Assembly: GCA_964016885.1 (NCBI GenBank)
Contig: OZ024743.1
Coordinates: 193,440,001 to 193,504,000 of the forward strand
DNA from: Eledone cirrhosa
Lineage: Eukaryota
Length of the DNA: 64,000 nt
Direction: 5' to 3'
Shown here: piece after piece, positions 49,613 through 61,938 of the stretch
Layout of the letters: each line of letters opens with the position of its first letter
How positions within the stretch are numbered: the stretch's first letter is position 1
Translations under genes and position numbers: made by a program
Notes under the pieces: generated by a model
Told to the model about the DNA's origin: nothing
Database searches by the model: none
What the model saw: the letters and a program-made list of their open reading frames with translations, nothing else

Positions 49613-50966
49613 ATTTATTAATATTTTGAATTAATATATATATATGAAGTATTTCCATAGGAAGGGTAAAGGAAAGGAGAGTGGTCTATTTTAATTATAC
49701 CCCCCTTTCATACCTTTAACACACACACACCGACCACTTTCATTCTTTCCACCCTTCATAACCTATTAGAGACTTTGAGCACTTTTTTATTTTTAACCTT
49801 TAACCATACTTTTATCTACAACCCAAAACACTCACATATTCACATTAATCCCATATCCTTTGTCATACCCTTAACACACACACACTGACTACCCTCATTA
49901 CTCTATCATAGCCTTTTTCTTTCTTCCTAATAGTTATACTCTTTCTACATACACCTTTACTTTTCATTATTATAATAACGGGAACCCCAATTCTATATTT
50001 CAGATAATATATTCATAGATATATATGGATATATATGCCTGTTTATGTATGTATGCATTTATCATCATCATCATCATCATTTCATTTTACGTCCACTTTT
50101 CCCTGCTTGCAAGGGTGGGACGGGAACTGATTCTGGCTTGATTTCTACAGCTGGATGCCCTTCCTAACACCAACCTCATTTATAGTGAGTGCTGGGTGCT
50201 TTTTTGCTGTGGCACCTCCACGACCACTTTGCAGTGGAATGATAGGGACTGGGGTCCCTATCTTCTCATTTCTACAGCTGAGTAAATTGGAGCAATGTGA
50301 AATAAAGTGTCTTGCTCAAGGAAACAACACATCGCCCGGTCTGAGAATTGAACTCAACCTTTCGATTGCAAGGCCAATGCTCTAACCACTAAGCCATGTG
50401 CCTCCACTTATGTATGTGTTTATGTATAATTGTGTGTGTATTCTTGTATTTATATGTGTATATGTATAATTATATATGTGTGTATGTATGTGCATGTCTA
50501 TGTATGTTTATGTATATGTTCTGCATGTACGTATGTGTGCATGAGTGTATAAATGTGTGTATATATATTATGTATATCCATATTTGTATATGTGTGTGTG
50601 TGCGTGCGTGTATATATTTATGTACGTATGTATATGTGCTGTATATCTTATAGTGTATATAATTTTATCCTTTTAATTTTTTTAGCTGTGTATATACATA
50701 CTTTTCCTATCATATGCATTTCCATACTTCTATGTCTGCGTACATGCGTACACGCATATGTATATTTATGTATTTTTATATTTTTTCTTTCTTTTCTTTT
50801 TTCATATATGTAAATGTATGTGTGTGTGTATATTTATTTATGCATGTGTGTGCGTATGTATGTACGAATATGTTTTTTTTATATATATATACACATATGT
50901 GTGTATGCATGTATATGTGTGTGTATATATATATATACGAATGGAAGTTTAGTAAAATCTCTCTCT

Positions 50967-52118
50967 ATCATCATCATCAACGTTTAACGTCCGTGTTCCA
51001 TGCTTGCATGGGTTTGGACGGGGGTTTTCCCACTTGAGGCAAGAGTGATTGTCTTGCTCGCATAGGACTGTCTGGCGGGTTTTCTACAGCTGGATGCCCT
51101 TCCTAACACCAACCACATTTACAGTGTGGGGCTGGGAGGTTTTTACCATGTTGCCTACACGGCCACATTACAGCGTGGACTGTGTGTTTTTTTGTCGTGA
51201 CACCTACACGATCTCATTTGTTTCGGCCTGGATGTTGTGGCACCAGCATAACTTTACATTGAAAGGGGCGGTGTGGATGGGGTGGGGGCGGGGGTGGATG
51301 GGGTGGGGGTGGTGTGACGGGGGTGTATTTTGTTAGAGATGCCTACTGACTGTAGTAGGTTTTACTTTGTATTTAGGTAAGGCGGGTCTTCTCTATTACT
51401 GAGTACCGCCAAAGGTCTCGGTCCAGTGACATTGTCTTGGAGAGGTGTAAGTGTGTGAGGTCGGAATTTATCAGCTCGTCCCAGGTTTTTCTGGGTCTGC
51501 CTACTCCGTAGCTACCGTCTATCTTTATTGCCCTGCACTTTGTTATACAGCTGTCGTCTTTCATGCGCATCACGTGACCATACCAACGTAGCCTTCTCTC
51601 AAGTAAACAACATCTGATCCCTCTTATTTCTAATTTTTTCCTTAGTTTGCTTATGCTTTGCCGTTCACGTATGTTACTATTACACATCCAGCGGAGCATG
51701 CAAGCTTCGTTCCTCTCTAGTCTGCGTATATCCTCTGCACACAATGCCCAGGTCTCACTGCCATGCAACATTGCTGTTCGTATGCAGGCATCATACAACC
51801 TGCCTTTCATTTTTATGGAGAACCCTTTAGTGGCTAATAGTGGTATAAGCTCTCTGAACTTTTTCCATCCAGTTCTGACTCTAGCTACTGTACTTTCAGA
51901 GCACCCTCCCCCACTGCTGATTTTGTCACCCAGGTAACGGAAGCTGTCCACTATTTCTATAGAACCCTCTGTGCAATTGAAAGAGCTAGTATTTTGTGGG
52001 CACTTGCTGCTACTTATTGCACCAGAGCACCGGCCACATGTAAAATCTATGTTCTTAGTTAGCTTACCTGTGATCCCACTACATCTTTTATGCACCCATA
52101 CTTTGGATTTGGGACATA
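50967..52118 (-). mobile_element. RTE-clade LINE, 5'-truncated
   Basis: Near-identical to the 3' part of the 32325-34832 copy. Confidence 0.92.
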
Positions 52119-52120
52119 TG

Positions 52121-52153
<33 letters not shown>

Positions 52154-52564
52154 GTTCTGTCTCATGAGGACATATCCACGTAAGTTACTGTTATGTAACA
52201 ATGGCAAGTGACTCAGAAATGTGCATAACGTTTGATCATTCAATAAATTGAAGTATATATAGAAAAGTAGAAACTGCCTTCATGTTATATATATATATAG
52301 ATATGACAAGCTTATGCAGATTCCTCACCACTAAATTCCACTCACAAAGCATTGGTCATGTCAAAGTGAAGCCACAGTAAGGGACACTTGCCTAATGCTA
52401 TGGGAAGGAAACACCTTTATTATATCACCATGCTTGCACCTTGATAATTTTCTACTTTTTCTTTTTTTACTTTCATAAAGTAGAAATTCTGACTATTCAG
52501 TTGTGATAGAAAAAAAAATGAATAAAACAGAAACCAAAGAAATGCGTATAAACTAGAATTGTAC

Positions 52565-52685
52565 CTTCCATGTGCACAGTAATTGTATACCAAGAATGGA
52601 TGGAGACATTCAATGCCAAAGGAGCACTGGAGACAAAACCATTATGATTCTGTCCAGCTACAAACAGTGGTTGACTATTGTTTAC
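52565..52685 (-). CDS. FAT4: Fat/FAT4 exon (LamG2)
   Basis: VNNSQPLFVAGQNHNGFVSSAPLALNVSIHSWYTITVHME; CAG/GTAC; phase consistent. Confidence 0.82.
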
Positions 52686-52972
52686 CTGTAAATAAATAAA
52701 TATAAATAAATAGATAAATATATATATATTTCAGATTGATAGTATCAAAAGTAGAGATCATTGTAAATATTTACATTATTAGAGTAACAGCTTTAAATTT
52801 TTAATGCGATGTAGGCTTAGTGATATTTTGTACTTTTCAAAAATTTCTTGCTAATACAACTTTATGTGGTACAGCACTGAGAGTTAAATAATGCAAAAAA
52901 AAACAACAACAAAAAAACAAAAAAAAATACAACAACAGAAAAAAAGGGAAAGAAAATGTCAGAAGTATTTAC

Positions 52973-53184
52973 CATCAGAAGAATGAACTTTTTCTTGTTA
53001 TCTGCATACCATAAAAGTCCAGATTTCTTTAGAATACGGAATTTGATACTGATTGTATTAGCTTTTAGAACACTTCGTTTTTTACGGAACTTTGAATTTG
53101 ATTTTAAAAATTCGTCTCGATAGTAAGTCTCTCGTCTACTAAATTCAACACGAGCTCCAGGTCCAAATGAAAATGCTTTCCATT
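52973..53184 (-). CDS. FAT4: Fat/FAT4 exon (start of LamG2)
   Basis: WKAFSFGPGARVEF..KFRKKRSVLKANTISIKFRILKKSGLLWY; CAG/GTAAA. Confidence 0.88.
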
Positions 53185-53874
53185 CTGAAAAACAGAAGAA
53201 ACATGTGTTAGTCAGTAATTATTTGGATTGACTGTAAAAAGGTTTCATAACTACTTAAAATATGATTTAATAGTGTTGCTGTCTTGTGAAATAATAATGA
53301 AATAATAATGTACAGTGCTCAGGTGCACTACAACTCACAATTCTTTCAGAATAACATTACAAATATAATTGTTTCTACTTTTGGCACAAGGCCAGCAATC
53401 ATCACAGTGCATTACTGGTACTTTATTTTATCGACCCCATAGGGAGGAAAAGCAAATATAATGTTGATAAACTCAAATATAAACACATATAACAAATATG
53501 ATTAACCATTGGTAGGAACCTCACAAATATAACGCACCAAAATATATGATCTGAGTGAGAGAAAGAAAGAAAAAAGAAAAAAGTTAAAAGGAGGGGGCGG
53601 GAGCAAAAACAAAAACGACCATCAATTAAGGGAGTCACTCCACGCAGAGCTGTTACTTCTCCAAATTAAGAGATCACAGCTCCAATGCTGGCATATGGTT
53701 AGAATGTCTTAGGGAAGAATCACTGGACAGATTTTACAGGCAAAACCAACAGGTAGGAGACCAAGGTGTAGACCCTGAGCAAAATGTTGGAGATCAGTTG
53801 GAGGCAGTTGCTTCTGACAGGACCCACTGGAAAGAGTGTTTGAGGACTCTGCCCCATGACCCTCTCAGGAAGAG

Positions 53875-53984
53875 AAGGAGGAGGAGGAGGAGGAGGAAGA
53901 GGAAGAGGAAGAGGAAGAGGAAGAGGAAGAGGAAGAAGAAGAAGAAGAAGAAGAAGAAGAAGAAGAAGAAGAAGAAGAAGAAGA
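53875..53984. repeat. (GGA)/(GAAGAG)/(GAA)n purine tract
   Basis: Direct reading; similar (TTC)n at 8660-8746 and (CTA/CTG)n at 18110-18250. Confidence 0.95.
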
Positions 53985-54009
53985 ATTACAATCAGAAAAA
54001 TTGACTTAC

Positions 54010-54314
54010 TTTCTTCACAAATTTCCCCCATGTACTGAAGGGGACATTTGCACTTGAAAGTTGTCCACTTATCAAGACAAATGCCACCGTTTTGACAGGG
54101 GTTTGTCTTACATGGTCCAGTTGTATTTTCTCGTAGACATTTTTTCTTGATTCCAGTGGATCTTCGTGGTTTAAGCTGAATCATATCCACTCCATTCACA
54201 ATAAAACTGCGCATACATCCAATAAAATCGTGTGAATGAACTTGATTGCTACGAATTACATATTGTGCAGGAATTCCACCAATGTATAGATTACCACCGT
54301 GAAGTTGTAAATTC
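54010..54314 (-). CDS. FAT4: Fat/FAT4 exon (end of LamG1 + EGF)
   Basis: NLQLHGGNLYIGG..DFIGCM..CKTNPCQNGGICLDKWTTFKCKC; CAG/GTAAG. Confidence 0.92.
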
Positions 54315-54824
54315 CTGGAATGGTAGGAATATTTCAAGAATATATGAAAAAAAAAAAGTGGTTGAATTAAGAAATAAGGGGAAAATTTGGAATTTTAAAT
54401 GTGTGTGTCCCAACACAAATGAATATAATAATGGTCATCATCATCATCATCATTATCGTTTAACATCCATTTTCCATGCTAGCATGGGTCAGACGAGTTG
54501 TCCCATTGTGTGATAACCAGGTCGTGGGACCGTGTTTAGCTCACAGAGAACTGATTTTGGTTTGCTTTCTACTGCTGGATGCCCTCTTAATGTCATCATC
54601 ATCAATCAATATAAATAACAACTGAGAAAATTTAGTATGCAAAGGGTTAAACAATGATCCACATAGCATATTCTGGTCCTAATTAAATTGATCCAGATTG
54701 CAATAGAGAATGTATTTATGAGAAACTTATCAGTTGTGAGCATTTAATAATTCTTTTGATACTAACTTGGCTAAGACTGGCTTTGGTCTATGAAACAAAA
54801 CCAGCCATTTCAAAGGGTTCTTAT

Positions 54825-55037
54825 TTAACCCTTTAGCATTTACATTACTCTATATTTACTATTGTATTTTCATGGTAAACACATTATTTCACATAATATC
54901 GAATCTATGAGATTTTGATATTTATTTTGCGAACAATACTTTAACATCAGTATGAACGGCTGGTTACAGCTGGTTTGAACAGAAAGAGGTGTGAGAATTC
55001 TGGCCGGATATGGCCGGTTTAAGTGATAAAGGATTAA
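54825..55037. mobile_element. piggyBac-like MITE family (TTAA ends)
   Basis: TTAACCCTTTAGCATT...AAAGGRTTAA; copies 18738-18966, 22526-22754, 38174-38372, partial at 60580-60660 and 62100-62255. Confidence 0.7.
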
Positions 55038-55857
55038 ATTAAAATTTTCCAGCATAACCATGTTAAGTTACTATCTTAGTAATGAAATAATTGTTTCTAC
55101 ATTTGGCACAAGGCCAGTGCATTACTGGTACTTTATTTTATCGACCCCGTAAGGATGAAAGGCAAAGTTAACCTCGGTGAGATTTGAACTCAGATCATAA
55201 AGGGACGCAACTCTATGTTTCAAAGCATGGCGTCCGACCCTCTACCGATACTGCCAATCCACCTAATGAAATAATCATCATCGTTTAGTATCTGTTTTCC
55301 CAGGGCTGGATGTATTGTCACAGACCAGTCAGTATTTAGGAAGAGCTTCTATCCTCAAGGAGGGATGGAATTCAAACATATGATCCACACTTTACCAAGT
55401 GCATTTTATCATGGCACCAGCACTAAGGAAGGTGTCAAGTCTTTGACACAGCTGAAGAGTCTTCTTAACCCTTTGTATAAGTTTTTTTATGGCTGGATGC
55501 CCTTCTTATCGTATAAATCACCAACACTAGGGAGGTTATCATGCCATTGACACAACTGAAAAGTACCTCATGACTCTTTATTTGGAAAGTTTTCTATGGC
55601 TGGATGCCCTTCATATCACCAACTACTTTACAGAGTGCACTAGGTGCATTTATCATGTAGATCAGCAATCATGTAAGTAAATCTCTCAAAATTCTTTACT
55701 AATTAATTGAAATAGCATAGAAAATGGACGTTAAACAATGATGATGATGATGATAGTGTATTTTGTGAGAAGTACCGTCATGAAACGTTTTACTGGGATC
55801 CCTGGACAGAAAAATGAAGCAGAATGTAAAAAATAACGGCAGGTACATATAACTTAC

Positions 55858-55955
55858 TCATATTTCAGTTCTCCTTGATTTGAGCAGGTTTTGTTTCCAT
55901 GACAACCACTACATTGGTTATTTGAAGAACATTTGTGAACTGATATATGGACATT
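55858..55955 (-). CDS. FAT4: Fat/FAT4 exon (LamG1)
   Basis: NVHISVHKCSSNNQCSGCHGNKTCSNQGELKY; TAG/GTAAG; phase consistent. Confidence 0.85.
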
Positions 55956-56411
55956 CTACAATTAAAGCCAGAAACAAAACAGAAATATATTAATCTACAA
56001 GTACTTTCACCATCATATTAGTGTCTGTTTTTCTATGCTGACCACTGTTAGCCATGTCTGCCAGGATACACATGATTCTATCTCTGTTGTACTTACAGTA
56101 ATTCTTTTGAAGAACTGATCTCCTGGTAATTGAGATGTCATTTTATTTTATATCAAAAATAAAAATAAAATAATGTATTAAAAGTCGGAGATCACTTGGG
56201 CATGTGGTTAGAATGTCTTAGGAAAGAATTGCTGGACAGATGTTATGGGCAAAACCATGTAGAAGTAACACAACTACAAAATGGTTATCTCTGTATTATG
56301 GCACTGGATCTATTCCTTCAAATATTGGTTTCTGATTTAGGCACAAAACCAACAATCTTTTGGGGAGAGAGGAAAGTTAATTAAATCGACCCCAGTGCAT
56401 CACTGGTACTT

Positions 56412-56728
56412 TATTAAACATAGTACATGCTTTCATATACACCCCTATTAAACATAGGACATTCTTTCATATACACCCTTATTAAACATAATACATTCTT
56501 TCATATACACCCTTATTAAATATAGTATATACTTTAATATACACCCTTATTAAACATAGGACATTCTTTCATATACACCCTTATTAAACATAGTATATGG
56601 TTTCATAAACACCCCTATTAAACATAGTACATTCTTTCATATATACTCCTATTAAACATAGTATATGCTTTAATATACACCCCTATTAAATATAGTATAT
56701 GCTTTCATAAACACCCCTATTAAACATA
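56412..56728. repeat. 34-bp minisatellite, about 9 copies
   Basis: TATTAAACATAGTACATGCTTTCATATACACCCY units. Confidence 0.9.
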
Positions 56729-56748
56729 ATAGAAGGAAAATAACTTAC

Positions 56749-58487
56749 TCTGCGAATTCTCAACACTTCCACTTTAAACCAGTTACCATCATTAATCCTG
56801 TATGGAATGTAAAGATTAAGAACAGATGCACTTCCAGTAGAGATAGAAAGTTGAACCTGTCCATCAATAATTTCCAAAGCTATGAAACTCTCTACAGTTT
56901 GGCTGAGAGATGGATTGACAGGGTTATAAAGTAGCAAAGCATTAGACATTTTTGTAGCAAGATGTACTGTAATGTTATTGTAGTTCTCAGCTATAGTTGG
57001 AAATTCCAGGAATGATAATTCTTCAAATCCATAAGAAGACTTGGAACAATACTGTCCCCATTTGTTGTATGGGCATTTGCAGATGAATCCATCCACATTA
57101 TTAATACAGACACTTCCATTTTGGCATGGATTAGGTTGGCAATAGTTGATTCCTGTTTCACAAAATGTTCCTAAGAAGCCTTTTTGGCAGATACACTTAA
57201 AAGAACCTTCTGTATTTTCACAAGTTCCATGTTGACAAGGATTTTGTTCACATTCATTGATATCTTGCGTACAACTTGGACCGGTCCAGCCTGATAAACA
57301 CTGACAATATGACTTCTCATTGGATCTGATAACACATGTTCCACCATTATGACAAAAAACTTCTCCACATTGGGTTTCTTGGATTTCACAAAAAGTACCA
57401 GTATAACCGACAGAACATTTGCAGATAAAGTCAGTTATATTAGGTCCACTCATAATTTGTTTATTGGTTGCTATAATATTCCAATTACTAGTGATAACTA
57501 ACTGATTAATACATGACCCTTCATTGTAGCAGGGTTTGACAGCACATAAAGAGTGACCCAAACTTATATCAGTATATAACCCCTTTTGCAATTTCTTTCT
57601 TTTAGCTGTAACTGTTTCTTGCAGCAACTGTTTTGAGATGGGTCTTCCATATTTATCTAATGCCATTATAAAGACATCAAGATCATCCCCAGTTTGTTTA
57701 ATACTAAATATTTTATTATTCCAATCAGATTCTAGATTATTATTTAAATTGTTCATAAACTTAGAGTAAAGTTTTGTAAGAAACCTTTTTTCAGTTACAT
57801 TTACTAACTTCACAGACAAAGAATCCTTTAGTGTTTCATTTGTAAGAAAAGCAAAGCTAACTGTAATGTTGTACTCTACATTTGAATGAATACCATCATT
57901 TCCACTAATGGTAAGCCAATGTTCACTAGTTTCTGGTTGATGAAGTACTTCTAAGTAACACTGTTTGGTAATTTTGAAAATATCAACACTCATTTGAAGA
58001 ATACGGCAAGAATAATCTCCAGTTATATCATTGTCTAACGGTTTCACATCTCCAATAAATTGAGATGGTGATTGCTTTTGGAATAAACTCAACTGGATAT
58101 TAAGTTGTCTTTGTCTTGAAGGACTATCATTGACATCTTGTACTACTACAGTAAAAGACAAACTTGAAGTCATTGTCAGTATACCATTATCTGTCACAGA
58201 GACATGAACAGAGAATGTAGAAATTTTTTCTCGATCTAAAGTTGTATTTGTTGTAACCAAACCTGTATTAGATATTTTAACATATTCCTTAGAATTTTTA
58301 TTGTTTTGGAAGAAATAGTAAGGGTCTGTATTTGGTGGTAAGTCACAATCTTCAGTAAAATCTGCTAACGATATCACACTGGTACCAATGGCAGCATTCT
58401 CTTTGACAAAAGCTGTTAATGAACCATTAGAGAAAGTTGGAGAGCAGTCATTCACATCAAGGATGCGAATTTTTATGGCTGTTGTTC
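56749..58487 (-). CDS. FAT4: Fat/FAT4 exon: last cadherin repeats, EGF repeats, start of LamG1
   Basis: DVNDCSPTF, CxNGGTC and DINEC EGF motifs, 'FIALEIIDGQVQL..INDGNWFKV' LamG; TAG/GTAAG. Confidence 0.93.
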
Positions 58488-58981
58488 CTATAAAAGAAAT
58501 AAAATTTATAAAAGTAAATAAATTGATAAAATAACTCAGAAAATTTTAACAAGAACCTTAAAATGATTTCTTTCTTCATTTGGTTTCATCTAGTTCTCCA
58601 TGAAGTATTTCAAATAATAAATATGAGGTTTGTCCCAAAAGTAAGGGTACTGATGTTTTATTTAAATGTATACTAGACATACATGAAATTACATGTTATC
58701 TCCTTCATACGACGCTTGAGTAAAGCATGACAGACTTGGGGACGGGTCTAGTACTCCTTACAGTTAAGAAACAAAAACAAGACATATAGAGAAATAAAAA
58801 AGGGAAGGCCTATGGGAGGCAAAAAAAAAGCATAAATAAGTTTTAAAAATGTGAAAAACAAGGTATTACTAATAATTTTAGTAAATCCCTCAAATTCTTC
58901 ATTAATTCAGTGTATTCCATTCGAAATACAGTCATAAAACGGTTAATTAGAAATAGAAAATAGATATAAGAATATAGTTAC

Positions 58982-60346
58982 CTGTTTGAGGTGGGACTCC
59001 TTTGTCAATGGCGCCTACTTTTAGCTTGTACAAAGCCACTGATTCACGATCAAGTTTGGAAGAAGTGGAAATTTGGCCGGAGGTTGAATCAATATGGAAA
59101 GCATTCTGGAGATTTCCTGATAGGATTGTATAATTGAATTGGTGATCCTTGCGATGCAGATCATTGTCAAAAGCTTTTACCTTAATAACAGGTGTATTAA
59201 ATGGAACGTTTTCAACGATATCTTTAGTATAAAGTGATTTAAGGAACACAGGAGCATCATTAGCATCAGTTATAGTGATATGGACCTTGCATTGAACGGT
59301 ATCATTGCCTTTCACACTTCCCCAGTTTTTAGCCATGACATCCAAAGTAATATGAGGTTGTGACTCATAATCAGGTTTTCCAGATACTGTGATAACTCCA
59401 GAGAGAGGGTTTATTTTAAAACCCTTTAAATTACTAGAATCCATTAAAAAATAATAGACAACTCCATCTGGCCCTGCGTCTCTGTCTGTAGCAAGTACAG
59501 CACCAACAGATGTTCCTTTTTGAACAGATTCACTGATACTGAAATTATATTCATTCTGTATGAATATAGGATTGTATTCATTGACACTAACTAAATTGAC
59601 ATTAATGACAGCAACATTTTGTAAATTAGTTCCAGGGTTCTTTGCAAGGATATGAAGTGAGTAGTTTTCTTCAGATTCATAGTCAAGTGATGAAGTAGAA
59701 TTTATAGTTTTAGTTTTATGGTCTATCATGAATTTAGATTGGGCTTGGTTATCTCCAACAATTTGATATTCAATTATAGCGTAACTACCAGAATCTGCAT
59801 CAGTGGCAGTTAGTTTGAAGATCGATGAACCAATTGGAGAATTTTCCTGGACATAAACATCGTAAACATCTTGGTCGAACACTGGAGGGTTATCATTGAC
59901 ATCAATAACAAAGATTGTAAATATAATGGAAGTTTCTTTGAAATATAAGCCATGGTCTCTTGCAGTAATATTCAGTCGATGTACAGTTGTTGTATCGTAA
60001 TCAAGTGTTTTACTCACAGATAAGTTTCCATATTTTTCATTAATAGAAAATAAATTTTGAGGGTTACCACCAGTTATGTAATAACTGACCTCTTTATTTG
60101 GTCCATGATCATAATCTAATGCTTGAACTGTATCAAAAATGCCATTTACGGTAAAATTCTCAGGAATTTGTTTCTCGAAAACAATTCTCAAGAATAGAGG
60201 TGGGTATTTGTTGATGTCTGTGACTTTCAAATGTATTGTTGCTATGTCTGATGACTGTGGTGGGCGTCCTTTATCAACTGCTTGAACTTTTAACTGAAAC
60301 TCTTTAGCCATACTTTGACTCAAACTAACAGAAAGATGCACAGTTC
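58982..60346 (-). CDS. FAT4: Fat/FAT4 exon, cadherin repeats
   Basis: About four cadherin repeats (DVNDNPPVF, LDYE, DANDAPVF, LDRE); TAG/GTAAC. Confidence 0.93.
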
Positions 60347-61846
60347 CTAAAAAGATAAAGGAGAAATAAAGTTGATTAAATAAAGCTAATTTTTACTAGA
60401 TTATATGAAAACTTCCATGCTTCCCGAAATTCACCAACACTATACCTGATATTCCCCCTCCATATGCATGTGTGTGTGTCATGTCTCATACAGTGTTCAC
60501 TTTCTTGACATTTGTACAGGATTCTGGCAGGTTAACTTTGCCTTTCATAGTACATAGAATAACTTTGCCTTCATTCAGTGGCCAGTTACAGGTGGTTTGA
60601 ACAGAAAGAGGTGAGAGAATTCTGGCCAGATATGGCTGGTTTAAATGTTAAAGGGTTAATGGTCACATGTCTTTGCAATACTCAACCACTCACATGTTAA
60701 TGCAGGTTCAATTGATAGAGTGACTCAATGCTCATCATTAAAACTGAGAGAGGATCCATCAGGTAATAAAATTGGAAGTATAGTTGTGTGATTATAGGTG
60801 TTGCCAATAATCATGTGAAGCCTTCATGTGGCTTTATGGTTAGTTTGTTTGGTTTATAATTGTAAGGTCATGAGTTCAACTCCTGGCAGTGTATTGTGTC
60901 CTTGAGCAAAGTACATTATTTCATGTTGCTCCAGTTCACTCAGCTGTAAAAAATGAGTCATATTTGTAATTCAAATGGGCTAGCCTTGTGATATACCCTT
61001 TCAGGCTGAATCTCCCTGAGAACTGTTTTAAAGGTACACATGTCTGTGGAATGCTCAGCCACTTTCATGTTGATTTATCAAGCAACAATTAATAATGATT
61101 TCTAATTTAAGCACAAGGCCAGTAATTTGTGAGGCAGTGAAAGTCAAATAAACCAACCCCAGTACTTTACTAGTACTTTATTTTATCAACTCTAGAAGGA
61201 TGAAAAACAAAGTTGACCATTGCAGGATTAGAACTCAGAATGTATAGGACCATAATTAAATGTCAGAAAGCATTTTGTTTGATGTTCTAATGATTCTGAC
61301 AACCCACTACTCTGAACATACAGCTAATAATGATTCCAATAATAAGACAAATTGTTCATCATCATCATCATCATTGTTATTACATCTGTTTTTCCATGTT
61401 TGCATAGGTTGGACAGGTCCTTCTCAACACAGCATCTCTCCACTAGCTATGTTTCTTCAACACCTCCTCTGTGACTCTCAGTGATTTGAGGTCAGCTCTT
61501 GCCACCTCTGCCCAGGTCTTTCTTGGTCTACTTCTACTGTGGCTACCTTCCATTGGCATTTCATGGCACTTCTTCACCCAGTGATCATCATCCATGCGCA
61601 TCACATGTCTGTACCAATGCAGTCTTTTCTCCTACACACCACCTCGGATTCTTCTTAAACCCAGCTTCTCCCTCAGTTATCCAAGCTCTGTCTTTCTCTC
61701 ACATTTACATTGCATACACACACACACACACAACAACAAGAACAATAACTGAAGTCATATTATCAATGTAATTTTACATATACGAAAAATATTTTCAATA
61801 GCTTGTTATCTTGAAATAAAGAAAGAATAGTAATGTAAAATCCTAC

Positions 61847-61938
61847 CGTCTGCTTTGTTGACATAGAAATAGTTGGTTCCATTGCCTTCTACAACAATGT
61901 ATTCAACCTCAGCATTCATTCCATAATCTTTATCATCT
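61847..61938 (-). CDS. FAT4: Fat/FAT4 exon, cadherin repeat
   Basis: DDKDYGMNAEVEYIVVEGNGTNYFYVNKAD; CAG/GTAGG; phase consistent; absent from the ORF track. Confidence 0.88.

Noticed and set aside
53720-54009. Poly-Leu 'TM' after the EGF in the 205-aa ORF (short membrane isoform)
   Set aside because: Read-through past the GTAAG donor into a (TTC)n repeat; no evidence that it is used
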